The notes under the pieces were generated by a model that saw only the letters and a program-made list of their open reading frames with translations, searched no databases and had not been told where the DNA came from. Shown here one piece after another: positions 1 through 11,169 of a DNA stretch of 64,000 nt. The stretch spans positions 6,944,001 to 7,008,000 of the forward strand of contig NC_081332.1 in assembly GCF_022539665.2 (NCBI RefSeq), written 5' to 3'. This DNA is from Daphnia carinata. Its lineage: Eukaryota. How positions within the stretch are numbered: the stretch's first letter is position 1; each line of letters starts with the position of its first letter. The position numbers and the translations under genes were made by a program.

Positions 1-3000
1 TGGATTGAAGGTTTCACTGACCTACTGAATATCCTGGGCTACACTGACGATGGAAAAAAAGTATCAGCTCTCAACTACTACGGTGGAGGTGAGCTAAAGA
101 AACTGGTCAAAACTCTCAAGGTAAATCCTCAACCTGCGGTAGCCGCTGACCCTGCTCAGAACCAAGCCGCAGTCGCTGCAGAGTCGCTGTTTGATGCAAC
201 GGTTCGGACGATCTCGGCTCATTTTTGCCCAAATGACCACCAGATCTACAACACGTATGTGTTTCGTCAAGCGAAACAGGCAACCGACGAGTCATTAGAT
301 GGATTCCACATGCGGTTGACTACGCTCGCGTTGGGCTGTGGCTTCACAGATGTTGATCGGGAAATCCTGATTCAGATCATTACGGGCTGCTCAGACCGTA
401 AGATACGAGAAATTGGTCTTTCTAAACCAGGCCTGTCTCTGTCTGACCTCCTTCATCGTGGCCGCACGTTAGAGCTAACCAAGGTTCAAGCCACCAATAT
501 AGAGGACCGCTCAACGGAGGCAGTTATAGACGGGCCCAATGAGTCGAAAGTCTACAAGGTTGGTCAACGTGGCACTGGGACATCGAAGCGTGGTGAGCAG
601 TTCGGGCGGAAAAACGCAGGTCCACGGAATGTTTGTCAGTATTGTGCAAAAGATGACCATGAAAAACTATCTGATTGTCCGGCGAGAGGCAAAGAGTGCT
701 CGTACTGCGGAAAGCCCAATCATTTTGCTGCGGCATGCTACACTAAACAAAAAGAGAAGAAGGGTCATTCTCGCAGAAACAAAAGTAGTGGCTCAAACGG
801 TGGTCTGAAAAAAGACGTGCGTCAAGTAACTTTCAGTGCGACAGAAACAGACTCTGGGTCAGACAGCTCGGTCAGTCGGTTAGTCTTCAAAACAGCTGGT
901 GGCAAGGACTTATTTCCGTCCGTCTCCCTAATACTCTGCAGCCGCAAGATAAATTTCATCGTGGACACGGCTGCCGGACTAACTATCGTCAATTACCGAA
1001 TGTACAAACAACTTGGTTCCCCTGCCCTTACCACTGTTAACAGACGTGTGTTTGGGTATGACTCTGTGTGTCCCATCACCCTGCTTGGGAAGTTTAAGTG
1101 TGAAATGCGTGTTGCAAAAAGCTCCCGGTCGTGCTCAGTTGTGATACATGTTGTCCGCTCAACAACGGAACCATGCATTCTGGGATATGAAGCTGCAATG
1201 AAGCTTGGTTGCTTCAAGATGGCTGCATTTGTTGAAAACTCAACAGTTTTCAAAATAGGAAGCCCGTCGCTGTCAATTGGGAAGTACAAAGACGTGCAGG
1301 TGAAGCTACACATTGACCCGTCAGTCAAACCCATAGCACAGCCCCATAGAAGAATACCGTATCACCTACATGGCGCAGTAGAGGCGGAAGTTACACGCCT
1401 GTTAGAGAATGACGTCATTGAAAAAGCGGTGGGCCCAACGCCGTGGATCTCACCCATCCATATGACTCCGAAGAGGGATGAATGGAGGATGGTGGTTGAC
1501 ATGCGTTTAGCCAACAAGGCTATCCAGAGAGAACGCCATGTCATGCCGACCATAAGTGACATCATCTCAGATGTTGCAGGCTCCTGTTTCTTCTCAAATA
1601 TAGATCTAGTGTCGGCGTACAACCAAGTTGAGCTAGCTCCTGAGTCCCGACACATCACAACGTTTTCAACCCACATAGGGTTGTTCAGATACAAACGGCT
1701 TTTCTTTGGCGTCTCAGCTGCAGCGGAAGTTTTCCACAACCTCATCCGAGAAACACTTAAAGACATTCCAGGCGTTGTTAACCTCAGTGACGATGTTTTA
1801 ATCCATGGTCGGACAAAAGAAGAACATGACCGTAGATATGCTGCGGTACGTCGTGTCTTCCAAGACAAAGGTCTCACGATCAATGAGAAAAAGGGCAAAT
1901 TCTGCCAAACACGAGTTAAGTTTGCCGGTATCATCATCGGTGCTGATGGAGTAGAGATTGATCCGGCCAAGCGTCAAGCAGTGCTGGAAGCAGGCCGCCC
2001 ACAGTCCATGTCAGAAGTAAGGAGCTTTCTAGGCCTAACCACGTACTGCTCCAGATTTTTCTCGCGGCGTGCAGATCTGTCTGCACCTCTTCGCCAACTC
2101 ACCTCCAGAAAAGAGTTCGTCTGGTCTGAAGAGTGCGAAAGAGCTTTTCAAGACCTCAAGTCTGCAATCGCAAACCCAAGGAAACTGTCGTACTTCAGAT
2201 CGGACCGCCCAACGGAAGTCATCGTGGATGCAAGCCCAATTGGTTTAGGTGCCATCCTTACTCAACTTGACTCTCATGGCGGCCGACATGTGATTGCCTT
2301 TGCTAGTAAAGCCCTAACCCCAACTGAGTCACGTTACTCTCAACTTGAACGAGAAGCCCTGGCCATTGTATGGGGCTGTGAGCAGTTCAAAATATACCTC
2401 TTAGGAGCACCTTTCACAGTTCTTACCGATCATAAACCGTTGGTACCACTGTTCACGAACCCATCTGCCAAGCTGTCTGCGAGACTCGAACGGTGGATGA
2501 TGCGACGGCAACAGTTCGATATGCAAGTGACTCATATCGCTGGGAAAGACAATGCAGCCGACTACCTGTCGAGGCACCCACCCCAATCACTAACTGGAGA
2601 CGCAAGAGCCACGAAAGCTGCGGAGTTGTATGTCCGAAGGATTAGTAGCTCGAGTTCCCTAACAGCGATCCCAGAACACACGTTTGCGGAGGAAACCCGT
2701 AAAGACAAAGAGCTGCAGCTGGTTGTGAACGCTCTAACTAAGAATTTGTGGCACACCTTGCCAAAACAGGTGCAAGCCTCCTACAATCTCGTCAAGCAGG
2801 AACTCACAACGACTTCTGATGGCATACTTCTTCGAGGTCTACGGATTGTGGTGCCAAAGTCACTTCAAGAACGTGTCGTCCAACTTGCACACCTTGGGCA
2901 TCAAGGCATCGATCGCAGTAAGAGGCTACTAAGGTCTAAAGTGTGGTTCCCTGGAATGAATGCGGCCGTGGAAAACTTAGTGAACGCATGCTTTCCATGC

Positions 3001-4296
3001 CAAGCGGTGACGGCGAAAGCATCAAGAGAACCATTGCAAATGTCAACACTACCAGATCACCCGTGGCAAGCAGCATCGGTTGATTTCTACACCACATCCA
3101 GCGGTGGGGAAATCCTGGTCCTCATTGACGATTTCTCCAGGTTCCCAGTAGTTGGTCATGTACGAAGTACGAGCGCAACTCACGTACTCCCCACGCTTCA
3201 AGCAACGTTTGCAATGTTTGGGAATCCTGAGACGATCCGCTCGGATAACGGCCCTCCTTTCAACAGTCAAAAGTTCGAGGAGTTTTGCAAAGATCGAGGG
3301 ATTCATCATCGGAAAATCACACCCCAATGGCCGGAAGCAAATGGCCTAGTTGAGCGCTTCATGAGGACGCTCAGTAAGGTAATTCGAACTGCAGCAATAG
3401 AAAAGAAAGACTGGAAAGTAGAAGTGGAGACGTTCTTAGCAAACTATCGACTAACTCCTCACCCAGCAACCGGTGTCTCGCCCGCTGACCTTATGTTTCG
3501 CCACTCACCTCGGCAGCTGCTTCCAGAACTCAAGCGTAGGGACGCGCTTTACAAGTCAAAACTAAAGGCATACGCAGACTCACGAAGGAATGTATGCGTC
3601 TCTGGTCTGAAAACGGGGGATAAAGTCCTACTAAAGAGGCCCACCAAGCTACTCAACAAGGCAGAGAGCCGTTATGAGCTGGAACCGTACCGAGTAGTCC
3701 GCGTCAAAGGATCGTGCATCACGGCAGTTAACTCAAAGTTGACAGTGTGCCGAAACAGCAGCTACTTCAAGAAGATGTCATCCAATGTCCCGCACCTGCG
3801 TAGCAGCCAGCTGTCTACTACCAAGCCGACGCGGCAACAGACCGAACGATCCAGGATACTTACTGGCAGCTCCGTCGCTCACGTATCACCCCAAGGACCA
3901 ACTATGCTTGCTCAAACACCAAATCCAGCCGACTCATCTCTAACACTGGGTCGAGCGGGGCCTGTCTCCCCCCAGCAGTCATCTAGGCCCCCGAGTTGTA
4001 TGCAAAATGCACACCCCCAGTCAGAGATGGCAACAGAAGTGGTCGTACCTAATGACTCAGACAGAGTGGAAGGTTCTAGCGAACTCGAAGAACCAGGCAG
4101 CCCACTCGTGGCTGCTCAACAACCAGGGATGGCAGCTGAAACTACTACTCCGGACAGCCCAAGCAGTGGAGTTGCCTTTCATGGATTTGAGATGTCAGAG
4201 CGCGCACAAACAGCGGGAGCAGAAAGAAATCCTGTTGTGACGAGATCAGGCCGTACGAGTAGGCGACCGGGTTATCTGACTCAAGACTTTTTGTAA
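1..4296 (+). CDS. Ty3/Gypsy (Mag/K02A2.6-like) gag-pol polyprotein, 5'-truncated by the window edge
   Basis: Frame is open from base 1 (WIEGFTDLL...) to TAA 4296. Two Zn knuckles (CQYC..H..C, CSYCGKPNHFAAAC), protease IVDTAA, RT NLSDDVL, RNase H VDASPIGLGA/TDHKPL, integrase HHCC plus SDNGPPF...NGLVERF. Domain order PR-RT-RH-IN is Gypsy-type. Confidence 0.95.
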   Translation, partial: WIEGFTDLLNILGYTDDGKKVSALNYYGGGELKKLVKTLKVNPQPAVAADPAQNQAAVAAESLFDATVRTISAHFCPNDHQIYNTYVFRQAKQATDESLDGFHMRLTTLALGCGFTDVDREILIQIITGCSDRKIREIGLSKPGLSLSDLLHRGRTLELTKVQATNIEDRSTEAVIDGPNESKVYKVGQRGTGTSKRGEQFGRKNAGPRNVCQYCAKDDHEKLSDCPARGKECSYCGKPNHFAAACYTKQKEKKGHSRRNKSSGSNGGLKKDVRQVTFSATETDSGSDSSVSRLVFKTAGGKDLFPSVSLILCSRKINFIVDTAAGLTIVNYRMYKQLGSPALTTVNRRVFGYDSVCPITLLGKFKCEMRVAKSSRSCSVVIHVVRSTTEPCILGYEAAMKLGCFKMAAFVENSTVFKIGSPSLSIGKYKDVQVKLHIDPSVKPIAQPHRRIPYHLHGAVEAEVTRLLENDVIEKAVGPTPWISPIHMTPKRDEWRMVVDMRLANKAIQRERHVMPTISDIISDVAGSCFFSNIDLVSAYNQVELAPESRHITTFSTHIGLFRYKRLFFGVSAAAEVFHNLIRETLKDIPGVVNLSDDVLIHGRTKEEHDRRYAAVRRVFQDKGLTINEKKGKFCQTRVKFAGIIIGADGVEIDPAKRQAVLEAGRPQSMSEVRSFLGLTTYCSRFFSRRADLSAPLRQLTSRKEFVWSEECERAFQDLKSAIANPRKLSYFRSDRPTEVIVDASPIGLGAILTQLDSHGGRHVIAFASKALTPTESRYSQLEREALAIVWGCEQFKIYLLGAPFTVLTDHKPLVPLFTNPSAKLSARLERWMMRRQQFDMQVTHIAGKDNAADYLSRHPPQSLTGDARATKAAELYVRRISSSSSLTAIPEHTFAEETRKDKELQLVVNALTKNLWHTLPKQVQASYNLVKQELTTTSDGILLRGLRIVVPKSLQERVVQLAHLGHQGIDRSKRLLRSKVWFPGMNAAVENLVNACFPCQAVTAKASREPLQMSTLPDHPWQAASVDFYTTSSGGEILVLIDDFSRFPVVGHVRSTSATHVLPTLQATFAMFGNPETIRSDNGPPFNSQKFEEFCKDRGIHHRKITPQWPEANGLVERFMRTLSKVIRTAAIEKKDWKVEVETFLANYRLTPHPATGVSPADLMFRHSPRQLLPELKRRDALYKSKLKAYADSRRNVCVSGLKTGDKVLLKRPTKLLNKAESRYELEPYRVVRVKGSCITAVNSKLTVCRNSSYFKKMSSNVPHLRSSQLSTTKPTRQQTERSRILTGSSVAHVSPQGPTMLAQTPNPADSSLTLGRAGPVSPQQSSRPPSCMQNAHPQSEMATEVVVPNDSDRVEGSSELEEPGSPLVAAQQPGMAAETTTPDSPSSGVAFHGFEMSERAQTAGAERNPVVTRSGRTSRRPGYLTQDFL

Positions 4297-4486
4297 GAGG
4301 AATGCGAAGGGAAATTAAAACTCAGGAAAATGATGGTTATGTGTGTAATCCCCTTGTGAACGTGTTGTATCTCCTTCTCTTTCTCCACATGTCCGTCTCG
4401 ATTTCTGTTTCGATCTCATTGCTGTCGCCATACTCAATCTGTCACACTCAGTGTCCTTAATCCGTCCTGTGTTAGTTTTGAAGGGA

Positions 4487-4712
4487 TGTAGTGTTCTGGG
4501 CTGTCGACAGGTGGCAAGTCGAGATGGAGAAGAGAGACCGGTGTGTATCGGGCGGGCAGTGAGGGACGAGGCTAGAGACAGTGTGGTTGTCTCAGTTAGC
4601 TGTGCAATACACAGAAGTTTATCCAGCAACATCGTGGTACGTTTAATTACAAAACCTTTCGGACTATTACAAAATCATACATGGGTTTCCGTCCTCAACG
4701 ACCAGACCACGA
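4487..4712 (+). repeat. Probable 3' LTR of the left-edge Gypsy element
   Basis: Short purine tract aaggga followed by TGTAGTG downstream of the pol stop. No 5' LTR in the window, so both ends are uncertain. Confidence 0.35.
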
Positions 4713-4849
4713 TGTAGCAAAACAATTTTCGATGTAACTAGAAGTATCACTTAAACATGTGAAAGTTCAAAAGTTACTTCAAAATCGTACGATCGTGTCT
4801 TCTAACGTCGCTCTGTGGCATTGAACCACCAAGCTTCCGGTTGGAGAGG

Positions 4850-5376
4850 GGAAAATGCCTTGCCAACAGTGTTCATGGGTATTAACTCATATTTTTATCA
4901 CAACCTTTTCAATCCTACGCGCCGGCAAACGCTGTCATGGATGAACAGCAAAAGAAAATCTGTAAATATGACACCGGGCTTTTGATTTAAAATGGCGCGA
5001 CAGTGAAAGAGCGGGGCGCTGATTGCGTTAGCAGTATTTTTGTCATTCTAAAGAAAACGGAGGGACACCGACCCATTATCAATCTTCAGAGTTGAAAAAT
5101 TTCTTTTCGAGCAACCCTTTAAGGTGAAAGGTATTAAACCCATGAAAAACACTATTAAAAAGAAAGATTAGCTAGGAAAACTTGACTTGAAAGACGCCTT
5201 GCTAAACGTGACGGATTTCGGAGGTCATAGGAAATTCCTACAATTCTTTTCGAAAGACATGCGTTACGAATTCATTATCCTTCCATTCGATTTGAACGCC
5301 GTACCCTTGGGCATTCAGAAAACTTTTAAGAGTAGTGGTCGCATACCTTAGAAGGAATGGGCTACGCCTATTCATC
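4850..5376 (+). pseudogene. Degraded DIRS-type retrotransposon reverse transcriptase fragment
   Basis: Across frameshifts and stops it reads SSIFVILKKTEGHRPIINL...FKVKGI...KLDLKDA...HRKFLQF...YEFIILPFDLNAVP/WAFRKLLRVVVAYLRRNGLRLFI, the DIRS1 RT motif series, truncated just before YLDD. Confidence 0.8.
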
Positions 5377-8300
5377 CAAACCATAAGCCAAACTTTCGTT
5401 GTTTTTGACTTATAATAATAATAATAATAAATACAACCGTAAATAAATAAATATAAATAGACTTAGTCATCAATACGGTTACCATGAATTTCATTCTCCC
5501 AAGAGAAAGATTTCTTAATTTCAGTGCAAGCATGCTCTGAAGGAAAGTTTAATGGTCTTAACCGAAATCATTTGCTTACTTATTTCTTCCCTTAACACCT
5601 CATCATAGGTGAAGTGGGAAAAAGAAAATGATCTCCTCATTATTCCAGTTTTCAAATGACGGGTAGGCTGAGCATGAGGATTGACGTGAAAAACCCTTTA
5701 TCAGATGCTTACGTTCTTTCTTTCGATCGCGAAACCTTATTCAGCTTGTCTGCAGAAATTGAGAATACAAGTGTTACCAAAAGCGCGCCACAGCTGGTCA
5801 TTGGGATTCATCACGTAAGCCATGTGATTTTCAGCAAAAAAACAACAATTCTTAATGCCCAACGTCGAGCTTGAAACCATAACCCTGAGATGACGATTCT
5901 CATACTCTACTGACCAAGTGCACTTCCTGTAGTACAATTGATTATAGAAATCAATCTTGTATGTAAACATGACACCGTTTCCACTATGTTTTTGAGAAAC
6001 CATTCTCTGTTGATATGCTAATTCGCAAGACAGGAGCTACAACCAGTAAATAAAACAGATTTTGTTTTAGGTATAAGAAATCATTGTGTGAATAATTGTT
6101 AACTGACATACCTCTGTAGAAAAAACTAATAGTAAATCATTCATGAGCATCGAAGAAAAATTTAAGTTGTTGTGTCCACAAAAGTGAAACTTCATTGTCA
6201 TGTAAATTTCGTTCCACAGTGACTTCTTTTCAATTCTTTTGGCCTTGGTCAAGAATACCCTTTAGTTGGACTTCGTTTGTTAAGGCCTTTAACCCTGCTG
6301 CCCACTTTGGTGAATGAAAAGAAAAGTGCCTGTATCGACTCCAGCTTCTCCGAGTTTCTCTCTTATTCATCGGCCGTGTGTTGAACGTGTGACGGGCTTG
6401 TAACATCATTTAGAGCTGATAAACATGAAATGGTTGTTAGTCTCGTTTCTTAGCGGAACTATCTTAAACAGGTAAAATTTAATACACTGGACGGGGAATG
6501 TTGCTGGATTTTTGCGACCTAGGTTTGCCAAGCAGAAATGAGACCTGAAATTCTGAGATATTAATTGATTGTAGTTGAATGGATGCTACTTTACCGCCTA
6601 TTAACATTGATGTCAGTGGCATCAGTGTAGCTGTTTTTCTTGACATCTTAATAAGAGTCGGTTGATTGGTCGATGAAGCATTAAAAACGCTAGTAAAATC
6701 GAATGGTCCCATATTGCACTGTTTCTAGGTGGATTTTGGTTGCAGATTTCTTCATCACTCTCACTACTGGAGGGTATCTTCCTACGGCTGCTATAATGCG
6801 GTTGGACTACCCCTCGTGGGATTCCCGTGTGTGATCCTTATCCCGTTTTGTGAAGTGTTGGATCTGCCTCGATCGAGCCCAACTGAAATAAAGTGTAAGT
6901 AAACGAGAGTATTTGTACTTTTTGTTTATGTTGTGGGGCGTACACCGATCGGTAACTCAACTTGAAGCTAGAAGGAATTGACTTTTTTTTTCTTGAACGA
7001 ATAGTTCCTTTAGCTGGATAACACATTTTAGGCAATGAACCAACCTACAATGGTTACAAGAACACGCCATTAGCCTCAACATAAAGTTCATCCTGTAAGC
7101 AAACGGCCATTTAGCTCTTAACATCGTTTATTCAACGCAGTTGTCAAAAAGGCCAATCGAGAAATACCTAGAATTTTTAACGACGAGCTTTGGGTTATAT
7201 ATCACGAATCCCCAGTCACGGTAGTATCAATGGAGCACCTATTCAGGAGCTTCATCGATTCCATCTTCGATCATGCTCAACAGCTTCAACTGTTTCAGAC
7301 CATCAACCTGTCAGGTGTTGCCGATAACGGAGCGCATTTCATTAGCTTTAGCAACTTTCCAAACTTTCTCGTAGTAGCCGCTGACATCGAACCATTACTG
7401 GATCGTTCCGTGGAACGTTTCACAGTAACCTTCGATATTCCACCATTTACAATTAGCCTGACACGGCCTAGCACACATAGTACTTTCGATCCTTCACTTC
7501 CTCAAAAGAGATATATCCGTTTGACGCCCAATTACACACCCTCAAGTCAAGTAGAAAACTCGCTTCCATTTTACGATCTAAAGGGGTACGCATCTAAAAG
7601 ATGGTTCCTTTACACCTATGAGGTCGAGGAAGCAATTTTTAATGAGTAGCAAAATTTCCTAATCCCCTTTGCCCCAGCACAACAGATGGCCGTCCCCCAT
7701 TACCACGTATCGTTAGCAAAACGACCAAACACGGTCTTGTAGGTGACGAAAGAAAGCAAGTATAAAGCAAGGTTCCGACAAATAACTCGCACTTGAAGCA
7801 TCGATCAGCTAATTAAGGAGATCGGTGTAGTAAACAAGGGACCTATAACACCTCTTCACGATTTCGTAGACAATCACACCACAGATGAAAAGCACACGAC
7901 ATTCAGTGAAAGCCTAGCAAGAAATTTAATTTCTAGCATTTCATATATTTCTCCGTCCACTATCCACTCATTCTTAGAATAAGTCAACCGTTTCACATAG
8001 GACATTTTTTTACATTCCACCATCAAATACCAGTACTCCATCGGCAAACATTCCCTCAAACAAGCTCTATTATACCACAGACGCCATCAATATTTTCGAC
8101 CTTTTTGACAGTTTTTCTGAATCGACAGTATCACTACAGGGCTGAACCAGCATAGATACGCTATCGACGGAGAGTGCGGCGGGGTTCGCAACTGGAAACA
8201 GGTAGACTACCACTGTATTTGTGAGGCCCGTAGGGAGGCCTGCTTTTTTATATATATAATTGATGTAAATGTAGGCCGCTAGGGGCGTTGTTCAACAGAG

Positions 8301-8710
8301 CTTTCTTAGTGGAAGATATCTTCAAGTACCGCCTGTTCAATCATTCTTTTTAGTACAAGCAGAGGTCTTGTGATATTTCTCGCTTCAATAGAATGCTAGT
8401 GTAAATCGCCTGATTTTTTACGCCCCACAAAGTGTAACACAGATAAAAGTTAATATGTTTAAAATCAAACTAACAATTACCAAAGAGAAATCTGTGTTGA
8501 AAACCTTTTTGTTAGGCCCTTCTTCTTTATCTGCCGTCAAACTAGCACCAGATCGCCAACATTCAGCTGAATTGCAGCTTGGCGACGGGCATCTGTCAAC
8601 CGCCTACTTCACTCTTGTTTGCATTTTATTCTCTCCCTTACTGCTTCCCTCAAAGCAGCCACTCTGAGTGTAAAGTCGCGATGTGTCTCCTGCCTATATT
8701 CTGGCCAGTA

Positions 8711-10015
8711 GGGGAGGTAGGGCGTGGTTGGAACACAAAACTGATTTTTGTTCCGTACGCTTACAAAAATCGTCCAACTTGACTAAAAACTATATAGATT
8801 TGTAGCCAGTTATCTCAGCTACATAATGGTATTTTTTTTTGGGTGGTGTCAGCAAAGATAAACATCTGCTATGTGTGAAAAACTGGAGGTACCCCAAGAT
8901 GTTTCAATTGCCAATTCTACTCGGCAATTGAAACAGTGCGTCTGGGCAATTGAAACGTGGGTTTTCCCATAAGAGAGTTCCCGGTTTAATGAAGAAACTA
9001 AAACGACGATATCTCAGAATCTGGGATACGTATTTTAATGAATTTTTTACAGAAATACAAAGAATTAGGATCTTTATTTTTTAAGATATTTTATAACTTT
9101 CTATAGTAACTAAATATTATTTAATGAATTTTGGTAGTTTTCTGAATTAGGTTCAGAATACCGTTAGTAATCCAAAGAACGGTTAATAGTATGGAGATCA
9201 AATTTTTATAATCGAATATGGAATGCCCAGCCTTATATCATAATTGTTGTTAATGTCGGTAATTTAATTTTTAAAATTTTATTTCTTTAATCAACGCTGT
9301 AAATAAAAACAAAACATTATGGCAGACGATAAGTGTCAGCTACCCAGCAGACGATAAGTGTCAGCCACCCAGCAGACGATATGCGTTGATGTGCATTATT
9401 TACTTTTAAGTAGCTGGAATAGGAAAACAAGGTAGCTAAATTTTTTTCAAAACAACTAGAGGAACTTTAGCAGTAAACTCTTTGACATTTTTTTCGTCAC
9501 CACAAAAAATACACAACAACATTCAAAAACAAATTGAAAAAAAAACTCTGCTAATATGCTGCGAAGGGCTATAGCACCGTTGCCAGACTGCAGTAGCAGA
9601 GACGCGCATACGAAAGGGTCGCAATTGGAACAAGGTGTTCCAATTGCCCCTAGCATGGGTCTTCACGGAGTTTTAATGTTTATAGGGGATAAAATTTAGC
9701 TAGGAAAAAATTAATATTATCAATTTATAGCTTAATAAACGATGAATGATTCAAGACCTTTTTTAATGATTTCCTCCATCGTTTTATGTGTGAAAATGAA
9801 AAAATTGTCTGGGCAAAAACTACAAATGGACAGTCAAAAAACAACTTTCTGGGATAACTCAAAAACTTTTAGAGTCTAAAGCCTCCAATTTTTTCTGATT
9901 ATGTACAACCCTAATTCGCGTTAGCTCAAATTTTTTAAACTAAACCTCTTACATACTTGAAGTGGTAGAATTTTTGTTTCAATTGCCGTGCGTTCCAATT
10001 GCGCCCTACCTCCCC
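8711..10015. mobile_element. Non-autonomous TA-flanked DNA transposon (Tc1/mariner-pogo-type MITE), 1305 bp
   Basis: TA|GGGGAGGTAGGGCG..TTGGAAC at 8711 and its inverted copy ending ...CGCCCTACCTCCCC|TA at 10015. Removing the element plus one TA restores the integrase frame (NAL-YWP). Internal GGCAATTGAAAC-type repeats; no transposase. Confidence 0.9.
9322..9381. repeat. 25-bp tandem repeat (~2.4 copies) inside the MITE
   Basis: Unit gcagacgataagtgtcagc(t/c)accca repeated head to tail. Confidence 0.85.
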
Positions 10016-10966
10016 TAAAGCGCATTTTTGCCCGTGTGGGTTGGCAGTCTGCCGTAAATGAACTCCAACGGCGATTCCTCTGTCGGGCTCTATTTGGCCG
10101 AGTTGATTGCAAAGACTGCATCTCCAAGCAGGTTATCCCAATTGGCATGAATTGGGTCTACCCCTGCGGCTAGAATGAGCGCAAGAGTCCGCTTTACCAT
10201 TTCAACAAGTCCGTTCGTCGGGGGGTGTTCGGCAGTGGAAAAAACTTGGCTAGTCCTCCACGTTTGCATCGCTGACTCCATTTCCTCGTTAGTGAAAGCC
10301 GCCCCTTGGTCAATTATCATGCGTGTCGGAAATCCATGGCGATTGATGATCTGGTCTTTTAAAAAAGTTGACAATGGGCTCTACAGAAATGTTGGTCTCC
10401 GATGAGGCTTCCACCCATTTGGAGGGATAGTCGATTGCCACGATAATGTGTCGGTTTCCCGAAGGTGTAACTTTGAACGGCCCTAGGTGGTCGATCCCGA
10501 AAGTTTCGAACGGATGTGTAGGGGGAGGAATCGATTGAAGTGGTCCTAGGGAAAGGCTTGCACGATGTTTATAACACTGGCAATACAGGCAGGACAACAC
10601 ATACATTCGCACAGTGGCCACCAGTAGCGCTCAGACACCTGGCACAAAGTTTTTTGCAGCCCCAAATGCCCACTTCTTGGATCGCCATGACAATCACCAA
10701 TATTTACTCAATTGTTGTTTAATATCCTTAATTTGCCTTTCGTTAAGATTTTCTCCTACTCCTACCTCCCCAATACCGTCAAGTCCAGGTTCTCATGTAC
10801 GAACGTACAAGCAACTTTCGATCGAGTTTCCCCCCTCAAAACTACTTCAATTTCACATTCGAAATCCAACTCTAAGCTTGCTAGGACTCTCTGCCCTTCA
10901 AACAAAGCGTCTCCCTGTGAAGGTTTAACACAGAGATTTTTACGTGTCCCGATTTTACCGTCACCA

Positions 10967-11167
10967 GCAGGGTTGGACTATTGCGATAAAAAAAAGTATC
11001 GTGATAGTATCGCAGTATCGCGATACTGCCGGCACCGGTACCGCAACATTTCTTTTAAAAAATATCGGTAGCGGTATCGGAAGTATAAATTGAGTCTTGC
11101 GATCCCGATACTTTTAATACATGGCGCCATATAGGAGCCAAAAATATTACTACCATTTCTGTCAACA
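10967..11167. mobile_element. Possible terminus of a hAT-type non-autonomous element, interrupted by the Tc1-like insertion
   Basis: CAGGGTTGG start followed by dense GTATCG/CGATAC subterminal repeats. The matching other end was not found. Confidence 0.4.
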
Positions 11168-11169
11168 TA

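Larger units (their letters stand above)
8490..10960 (-). pseudogene. Degraded Gypsy integrase fragment, split by a MITE
   Basis: CLYCQ, GIDHLGPF, IIDQGAAF, NGLVE, ...IYGRLPTHTGKNAL at 10016-10620. Continues as YWPEY...VGDLVLV..KKKGLTK at 8490-8710. Confidence 0.85.

Noticed and set aside
8263..8438. Solo LTR (TGTAA...TAACA)
   Set aside because: No matching TSD and no second copy.
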